Shown here piece by piece: positions 13,155 to 20,000 of a stretch of DNA of 20,000 bases. Origin of the DNA: Catajapyx aquilonaris (Eukaryota); assembly GCA_000934665.2 (NCBI GenBank), contig KZ538107.1, forward strand, positions 106,760 to 126,759. Reading direction: 5' to 3'. The translations under genes and the position numbers were made by a program. The notes below the pieces were generated by a model. That model searched no databases, was not told the DNA's origin, and worked only from the letters and a program-made list of their open reading frames with translations. The first letter of the stretch is position 1. The number at the start of each line of letters is the position of its first letter.

Positions 13155-13420
13155 AAGCTCTATCGATTCCACACAGGTGACATCGATAGAGCTTCAAAAC
13201 CCAGTAAAGTTCATATCTGTAACTAATTTCGTTTTCAAATGAAAATGGTGTGACCCTCTGGTCAAAAATGGGGTCTGGGGGGTAGCGTTCGTCTTTTGTT
13301 TCTCCCTCTCCTCGTGTGATCTTTGTGTAATCTTCATGTCTGTAAATGTACGTACATTGACAGAGCTTCAAAAATCAGTAAAGGTCATCTCTGTAACTTT
13401 CCAGTTTTCGAGTAAAATGG
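13155..13420. repeat. 13-bp hairpin overlapping a diverged direct repeat (about 68 bp, period 174)
   Basis: IR aagctctatcgat (13155-13167) / atcgatagagctt (13182-13194). Direct copies at 13180-13248 and 13354-13420 match at 39 of the first 45 positions. Confidence 0.75.
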
Positions 13421-13604
13421 AGGAGAAAAATCACCCGCTTTTTGCAGGGCCCCCCGTTACTTTGTCTAACCCTTGTATATCACTTCAGATAAATGCAAGT
13501 TTAAGCTGGAATGTAAATCACAATTATTAATTACCTGGAGATACGTTGGGGGCCATACTACTTGACACTGATGCACACCTATGAAACGAAGAGGTCCGGT
13601 CCAC

Positions 13605-14115
13605 TCACCAGTTCAAGACAAATTGACTTTTTCCAGTTGATGCAGCGAAGGTGAAAGCTCGGTTCAACCTTGACCGGCTCATTTTAATACTGAATACAAA
13701 TGGTGTCACAGTACAGCACTTTACAGTATAGTAGTGGCGGTATTCATAGATCTCTATACTATAGATTCCGAAGTGATTCCGAAGTATCTGTATTGGTTTT
13801 CCTTTGGCTACAGTATAATTAATATAGTAAGCAGGAAAGTATCTGATGTGTTTATCGTAGTAATATGTTTCCCCCCTATTTTTATCAGATTGTTCAAGAA
13901 GGTAAGTTGTAGTCGTTTTTAATTTCCACGGCTAACATCGTCTGTGTTAAAATTACATATTTTTGAAGCCAGTTGGGGGGGTCGTCTTTCGTTGTAAAAT
14001 TTTCAATCGATTGGCCATATTCGTTCAGAAGTGTATCTAATTGTTTCACCCAGTTAAATCGTGCAGGGGGGTTTACTTGAGTAAGTAAATAGTTAACATC
14101 GTCGAGCTGCCTTAC
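13605..14115 (-). pseudogene. Possible relic of the post-RT C-terminal region of a non-LTR retrotransposon ORF2
   Basis: Two overlapping stop-to-stop frames on the - strand. 14115-13897 reads ...FNWVKQLDTLLNEYGQS..., and 13931-13608 reads ...SDKNRGETYYYDKH...ILRNHFGIYSIEIYEYRHYYTVKCC.... The order loosely parallels the W..V..LL..YG / K.R.Y...K / R...H.L.IE.GR / Cys layout I recall for LINE ORF2 tails. Confidence 0.35.
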
Positions 14116-14232
14116 TTATCCTAATCAACCGAAGCACTATAGTGAATAGGCCTGACGAGGAAGATTTAGGCCCATAAATTAGGCCTTGCTATAAAGTTCT
14201 AGACAGTAGGCCTATTATATACAATAGATGCT

Positions 14233-14741
14233 AAAGGATGAGGCACAAAATATACGGGCGAGTGGTCTTCCGTTCGATTTGCCTGAAAATTGGATATGTT
14301 GCAGCCCAGACCATCCTGATCAATGTTGGATAGGGACATTTCGAGGTAGGACCTACAGGGAGCATGCTAATGACCTCCGCAGGTAATAGGGGGAGTAGTA
14401 GACTACAGTAAGTCTCAGGAACTCAATGGTTATTGCATTAAATTATCTATTAATCTTTATTACCTATTCATCTGGTTCAAATTCTACTCCTTGAAGGTTG
14501 TCATCTGGAGTTTCCTCCAGCTGCACTTCAATATTCATTGGGTCAATGTAAGGAAGCGAGGTTTCTCTCACAGCAATCTTCTAGCCTCTTCGATGAATAG
14601 CAATTAGCACGCTCCCTGTAGGTCCTACCTCGAAATGTCCCTATCTAACATTGATCAGGATGGTCTGGGCCACAACATATCCAATTTTCAGGCAAATCGA
14701 ACGGAAGGCCACTCGCCCATATATTTTGTGCCTCATCCTTT
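14233..14741. mobile_element. MITE / fold-back DNA transposon with 139-bp TIRs, possibly a TTAA-targeting (Kolobok-like) element
   Basis: Arms 14233-14371 and 14603-14741 are reverse complements with 6 mismatches by manual alignment, around a 231-bp spacer. Ends read ctaa|AGG...CCT|ttga, i.e. degenerate TTAA on both sides. Confidence 0.85.
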
Positions 14742-16089
14742 GATTGTACAGTCACCTCAAGGAGTAACTTTGGCGCGAAAAGCTAATCTCGAAACAGGTG
14801 CTTCCCGGGGCTACCAGAGCTCCTCCCCCTCTGATGTCATAACTCGCACTCCTACCCCGCTTTCCCCCGATCCCCAAACTATAGGCTTTATAGGGTGTCT
14901 TTCACAGAAGTGTATTTTGCGTAGCCCGCCCACTCTGAAAATGGTCAGCTGTCACGTTACTATATAGCTACTGGCAATGCTTTTGCAATAAGAAGTTGCG
15001 AACCTCTGATCCAAGTAGGCCTATAAGTATAACACTAATATGCATCAAATATGCCAATTATAGCTATTGCAGTGCGGAATTATTTTGTGCAAGCTGGCGT
15101 AGTTTTCATTTCGGGCTTCGGCGTGGTCAGGAATACCTCATCAGGTCAGTCAGCACAGTATGAGGCGTTGTAATATTATTTGCATCTGTTAGGTCACTTA
15201 CCGGTACATTCCATTATAATTGAAGGGTTTGGTTCAAAATCCCGATAAGTCCACTTTTGTTACTTTCGATAAAACAAATAAAAAGTTAATTTCCGCCAAA
15301 TTTAAAGAATTTTTCTTATGATAATTTTTTTGTTTCGTAGGGGGATACCAAAGTCAACATGCACCAGAATATGAAGTTTGTACGACGCATATTACACATT
15401 CTACAGTAAGGTAGAATATAATGTGGACATGTCTTGCGAACATGTGACATACAGTAAAAAAAACACACAAATTTCACTTTTAATTTTTAAAAACCTTCAA
15501 AAATCTTTCATTACGCTGAATATACGTATTCACAGATTACACAAACGCCTAACACCCTAACTTAAACATCATATTATTTTAATACACAACACCTCAATGA
15601 GGGTCGCGTAGAATGATAGAGCCTTGAATAATTTCATAGTGTGACCGTTTTTTCTACAGGACAGTAGATTAGCTGCTCACGATTACATGGTGCTGTGTCG
15701 AAAATCCTGGCATCGAAGTCTGGACAGATTCTTACAATGCGAATGTCAAGCCTTGTTAAGACTTAACTAGCTTAATTAAATACATTATATGTCAACTTTC
15801 GTGTAGATTTTTTTCTGCTGTTAGGATGTGTTGGTTATCTACATAACACATGTGTCACTCTGTCCTGTAATTTTTTTTAGCTGAATACATTCGACACCCC
15901 CCACCCTTGCCCCCACCCCCTGTTCTAACCGTACTGTCCCAGATTATATAGTAAATACAAACACTTAGGGGGGGGGCACTTTGTTCTGGCAACAATTACA
16001 ATATTTTATTTACGTTGTCCTAGTTACAGAGTTGACTCGACGTGAAATTGCATAATCGGAGAGAGTGCAGGATAGCATCTCTTCTTAAG

Positions 16090-16132
16090 ATGTCTAGCGA
16101 AGCTAGGAAAAATCTTGTCGGAAAGCAGTTCT
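16090..16132 (+). CDS. Candidate first coding exon of the HMG-box gene (MSSEARKNLVGKQF)
   Basis: AAGATG context with A at -3, an in-frame TGA upstream (16033-16035), acceptor ttgtcctAG (ends 16023) and a consensus donor GTAAGT at 16133. It ends in phase 1, matching exon 17859. Confidence 0.4.
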
Positions 16133-17118
16133 GTAAGTTGCACGATATTGAATGACTTTTGCTTGATATGCTTCAAAGGGCTGAAGGTATTTTCAGTACA
16201 GATAAGCAGTAAATCTCTCTCATACACAATTTTGTGACTCACATCAGTAGAAGCCGCGCAAATAATGGAATGGTTATCCGAATTTTATTTTCAAAATGAC
16301 CCTGCCAGCTGCGCTAGAACAAGGTGACCCCAGGTCGTAACACCCTCATGAGTTTTATTTCACATGACACGTAATTTGCATGATGAAAACAGCGACTATA
16401 CAATATATGCGAATACGACAATGGCAATTGTTATTGTTGTCATGACATTAAGTCCGATCGTTTTGCCTTTGGAGTCAGTGGCAATATTTATTCAGGTAAT
16501 AAGGCATTAATAAAGCACTCGGTGAGTCCAATTACATTTTCACATAATATTTTTGGCCTGCATTTACCAATCAATTACACGACTCTACTGAATACAACAA
16601 TCTATTGATACGAACACGAATTGGAGCCAGAAAATATTAATGAAACGTAGGGTACAACGTGAAGGCTGTAAATTAACCCATTTGTTCCTGAGGTTGATCT
16701 ACTGATGATATTTTAATAATTTTAAGGCATGCTGCGTTAGAAGGCGGAAACTAAGATTGAAAAAATAGTTCATAGTAAAATTCTAACTACAACAGAAGTT
16801 ACAAGGCGTCCTATATATACAGTATGTATAGAATGCTAGGACAATCCGTATAATTTTTTCTCCACTCATTGCTTCACTTTACATGCAATGTGGCAATTCT
16901 CACAATCGAATTATCACAGTGCTGGTATAGCAATGATGGAATCATATTATATCCCAATCATTCAGGTATTTCAGCCCATTATATCAAGTCGCATATTTCT
17001 CGTAGGACTTTCTCTTTTTTCATCTTGGAAAGTATGGGTCCCAAGTTTCACTATGTAAGACTATGGCTATACAAGGCCGTGATCTAAAATACTTCTCCAA
17101 TAATTGCTGTGGCTGTAA

Positions 17119-17379
17119 GGGGTCGTCCATATACCACGTGACCGATTTTTGGCCACTTTTTGACCCCCCCCCCCTCCCCCCCTCTTTCACGTGTGTTTTT
17201 TTTAAATGTCAATGTTATCAGAAAAAACGCGATCGAAATTGATAGCTCCTCAACTAAACTGTTTAAGCACGTAAAAAACATGTCTCCCCATGTGTTCGGG
17301 GTCGCTGATTTCGAATTTTAGGTTATTTTGAACCCATGTNCCCCCCCCCAAAACGGTCACGTGGTATATGGACGACCCC
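17119..17379. mobile_element. PIF/Harbinger (Tourist-like) MITE
   Basis: Perfect 26-bp TIRs ggggtcgtccatataccacgtgaccg (17119-17144) / cggtcacgtggtatatggacgacccc (17354-17379), with TAA TSDs at 17116-17118 and 17380-17382. It contains an N at 17340. Confidence 0.9.
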
Positions 17380-17858
17380 TAAGTTGTTGGCACTAATCTA
17401 CGTAATTTAAGCCGTTACTTTTTAATGGCTATCAAAAAGTATTAGTAGATTGTAGGACACCATTGTTTCCCTTGATGCCATTCGCCACTCATAAGGGCCA
17501 ACAATGTAAATATTGTATAGTGGCTTTCCACAACCTTTCTTGCAACAGTCATACACTGTATTAATTTTTCAAAGCTATAGAAGTATTTATAATTCAAAGA
17601 AATAGTTACTCAATTGTGCGCGATCGCGCCAATTCTGAAATATGCAAATCCCAACATTCCACTTGTATTTGTGGCTGATTTAATCACGGAAATGTGATGT
17701 ATCTGCATTCTCCCACTAGAGTAGACTTTCATGAAGAGGCCTTAATCTGTGATTTACCTTTATAATCATAACTGCGAGAAATATACTTTTCCCTGCCCGT
17801 CCTATGTATAGGACGCTAGGAACAAATGGGTTAAATGTGTATAACTTTTCTTTATCAG

Positions 17859-17959
17859 ATAACAGCAAGAACGCAAACGTCGCCGAAAGAGTATCTCAGC
17901 AGATTGGTGTCGAGCAGGTGGCCTCCCCGGAACCTCATGATATGTCTCCAGAGTGCAAG
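17859..17959 (+). CDS. Internal coding exon of the HMG-box gene (phase 1-0)
   Basis: Acceptor cttttctttatcAG and donor AAG|GTAGGC. Reads NSKNANVAERVSQQIGVEQVASPEPHDMSPECK and joins in frame to 18118. Confidence 0.6.
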
Positions 17960-18117
17960 GTAGGCTACTGCATTTGCAAGTGCAATAATTATTACCATGA
18001 TCAGTGCAATGCTTATGACATTAGACAAAATGATACAGATACAAAATGTCTGTTGTCTAAACAATTAAGTAGTGTGAAATGATCTTTAGTATTCTAATTC
18101 TAACTAATTTGGTCCAG

Positions 18118-18379
18118 ATCAAGAGAACCTTCACTGCTCCATGGCCTTTTTTCAAGAAACCTAAGTTGATTACCCGTGAGCCAGAAGGAATTTGTAACAT
18201 GAAGACAGGATTTTTCCTATACTTCAAGTGGGAGATCCTTGCTCTCAGTAGCAAATTTCCCCGAGTACCACCACACGATATCTCTGTTATGTTGCGTCAG
18301 AACTGGTTCAAAAAGAACAGCCTTGATAAGAATGAGTACTTTGAGATCGGGCAGGCCTTGGATGATGTAAAGAGGAAAG
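18118..18379 (+). CDS. Coding exon containing a divergent HMG-box domain
   Basis: Branch point CTAAC (18100-18104) and acceptor ggtccAG. GFFLYFKWEILALSSKFPRVPPHDISVMLRQNWFKKNSLDKNEY matches HMG-box spacing without gaps (F-x-L-[FY], P 13 residues later, [ED]ISxxLxxxW, [ED]KxxY). The donor is AAG|GCGAGT (GC type) or the weaker GAT|GTAAAG at 18367. Confidence 0.7.
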
Positions 18380-18735
18380 GCGAGTTTCATATATTTCATT
18401 CAATATCATTGTAAATATCTATTCTCTTAAAATCACCTCTGTCTGTAGAGCAGGTTATGCGTCCTCCGAACAATATATTACTCTTAGTAGAGTCTATCAA
18501 ACGTATTAGTTGCTAGCATTAGGTCGAATTGAATCATCCATCCAAGCTCGGCATTGAGACTCCGATGGAGACTGACCCATTATAACAATTATTGGCAGCT
18601 ATAATGTCAGTGGCATAACCCATTTTTTCGGCTAGACCCCTGTATGGTTAATAACGTTGCCCTCAGATGACTTATTAGCTACGTTATAAGTTTCATAATC
18701 TCTATACATGTGACTGTTCCCATGTTAGTGCTTAA

Positions 18736-18736
18736 T

Positions 18737-18778
<42 letters not shown>

Positions 18779-19040
18779 AATAATAATAATAATAATAATA
18801 ATCTGGGTAGTGCTTGATCTCATTGCGAGGTATGTAGCTCAGAACCTTTTTTCGAATCGCCCGGGTTGTTTTGTGAACTCCCCCGGGTGGATTAGTCCAT
18901 AATTAGTCCCACCCGAGACAAAGCCAGAAACGATCCAACTCTGCAGAAGATGAAAGGGGGGAAAGCCCGGGCTTGTGCTCGAACCCGGGACCCTTCCATC
19001 CGTAGGCGCATACGTTTCCGCGGAACCACTCTGCCTTCCC
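18736..19040 (-). mobile_element. tRNA-derived SINE, full length, with microsatellite tail and 9-bp TSD
   Basis: On the - strand: A-box-like GGCAGAGTGG (19035-19026), B-box GGTTCGAGC (18985-18977) and 3' tail (ATT)9(GTT)13. The direct repeat agtgcttaa flanks it at 18727-18735 and 19041-19049. Confidence 0.75.
18737..18802. repeat. Compound microsatellite (AAC)13(AAT)9, forming the SINE tail
   Basis: Counted directly from the sequence. Confidence 0.95.
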
Positions 19041-19140
19041 AGTGCTTAAAAATAAAGAGCTTATGACCACAAATTATTAACTCAAAGGGAAACCTCAACT
19101 GTAGGCTACCGTACCGTAACACATTTTGTTGGCCATAAAA

Positions 19141-19204
19141 TTCGTGACTTTTACTTAGGAAATAAATAGCTTAAGCTATTTATTTCCTAAGTAAAAGTCA
19201 CGAA
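19141..19204. repeat. Perfect 64-bp palindrome with no spacer
   Basis: ttcgtgacttttacttaggaaataaatagctt | aagctatttatttcctaagtaaaagtcacgaa: 32/32 complementary, centred on TTAA. Confidence 0.97.
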
Positions 19205-19242
19205 ACTTTGACAAAGGCAATGGTTTTACTTTATTTATGCAG

Positions 19243-19328
19243 GTGTTTCCTGGTGTAAAAGGCATCGGTTGGCTGCATCCCTAAAGATGTTCTTCCTGAG
19301 GGACAAGCAAAAATCCAGCAACCATGTG
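19243..19328 (+). CDS. Downstream coding exon of the HMG-box gene (phase 1-0)
   Basis: Acceptor ttttactttatttatgcAG and donor GTG|GTAAGA. It is open throughout only in phase 1 (GVSWCKRHRLAASLKMFFLRDKQKSSNHV), the phase left by the GC donor at 18380. Confidence 0.55.
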
Positions 19329-20000
19329 GTAAGACAATATTGTTTATTTGACAGCAGTCTTTTACGACATTGTTGTGTTAAAATGCAGATCACTACTTTA
19401 CGGGTGTAATATACAGTACACTGAGTACAGCAATTACAAATGATTTCTTACATGGAAATGAACTGACCTCTGAATGACCAAAATCTGTATTGCAAGTTAT
19501 GCTTTTCCATGTCTGATTTAAACCTTATTCTCAAAAACTCCAAGGTGTCCAAAGAACGCAATTTAAAAAAAGGGTTGCACAGTCATTTATTCTATGAAGG
19601 ATTACTTGTCGTGAACAAGAAGAAATCCCAAGAATTATTCATTTTCTAACAACGCCAGAACAAATATATATATAGGGTGATCCAACTTTATGGCACCAGA
19701 AGTTATTTGAAAAATCGCGCAAGCTGCTTGTTTATAAGCAGGTCGTTGCTAAGAGATGCTTTCTGGCTCTTTCTGGAGAATCGGGAATAGCACCTGCTGA
19801 TATTAGGTCCAATGGCCATGTAACAATAATATTTTATTTGCTGGTAACTAAACAACGCTGCCTGTTGACCTGTCTCAGTTTTGCCAACTGCGGCCAACAA
19901 TGGACAGACCAGAAGGCCTATTTATTGACACACCCGGGTCTGTCCAGTTCCGACGGATTAGACCTTTGGTTTGGCAGCTAGTGACCTCATGTGAAACCCT

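Noticed and set aside
14635..14967. 110-aa ORF
   Set aside because: Starts inside the MITE right arm, with no recognisable domain or splice support.
14760..15150. Possible promoter or first exon of the HMG-box gene (GC box, TGATGTCA, donor-like CAG|GTCAGT)
   Set aside because: Short motifs are expected by chance and there is no TSS evidence.
15660..15770. Good acceptor followed by a short open frame DSRLAAHDYMVLCRKSW...
   Set aside because: No convincing donor. It could be a UTR exon but is unsupported.
17859..17959. DNSKNANVAERVSQQIGVEQV...PECK resembles the P1B-ATPase (T)GDN..TA..IA.Q.GI..V segment
   Set aside because: No DKTGT, GDGxND or TM exons nearby, the spacing is off, and the exon splices in frame to an HMG box.
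18960..19040. Functional tRNA gene
   Set aside because: A/B boxes are present but I could not build a cloverleaf. The body, tail and TSD indicate a SINE.
19141..19204. Palindrome as a pre-miRNA or terminator
   Set aside because: A perfect loopless stem is atypical of pre-miRNAs, and the context is eukaryotic.
1..20000. CRISPR array or prokaryotic defence/operon system
   Set aside because: No regularly spaced repeats, no long ORFs or RBS-linked gene clusters, and spliceosomal signals and animal-type TEs dominate.

Overview
AT-rich eukaryotic (most likely invertebrate animal) genomic DNA, mostly intronic or intergenic. There are no prokaryotic operons, rRNA genes or CRISPR arrays, and most entries in the ORF track look spurious. 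Two partial spliced genes are supported on the + strand. The first is a single-pass membrane protein exon (2072-2242) with a possible terminal exon (3304-3479). The second is a phase-consistent four-exon chain (16090-16132, 17859-17959, 18118-18379, 19243-19328) encoding a divergent HMG-box protein, probably with a GC-AG intron, that appears to continue downstream. The rest is a dense set of transposon derivatives: a Tc1/mariner fold-back built from an inverted duplication of the transposase 3' end (11492-12225), a MITE with 139-bp TIRs (14233-14741), a PIF/Harbinger MITE with TAA TSDs (17119-17379), a tRNA-derived SINE with a 9-bp TSD (18736-19040), a possible LINE ORF2 relic (13605-14115) and a perfect 64-bp zero-spacer palindrome (19141-19204). 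I see no convincing new multi-gene system. All family calls come from motif recognition by eye, not from database searches.
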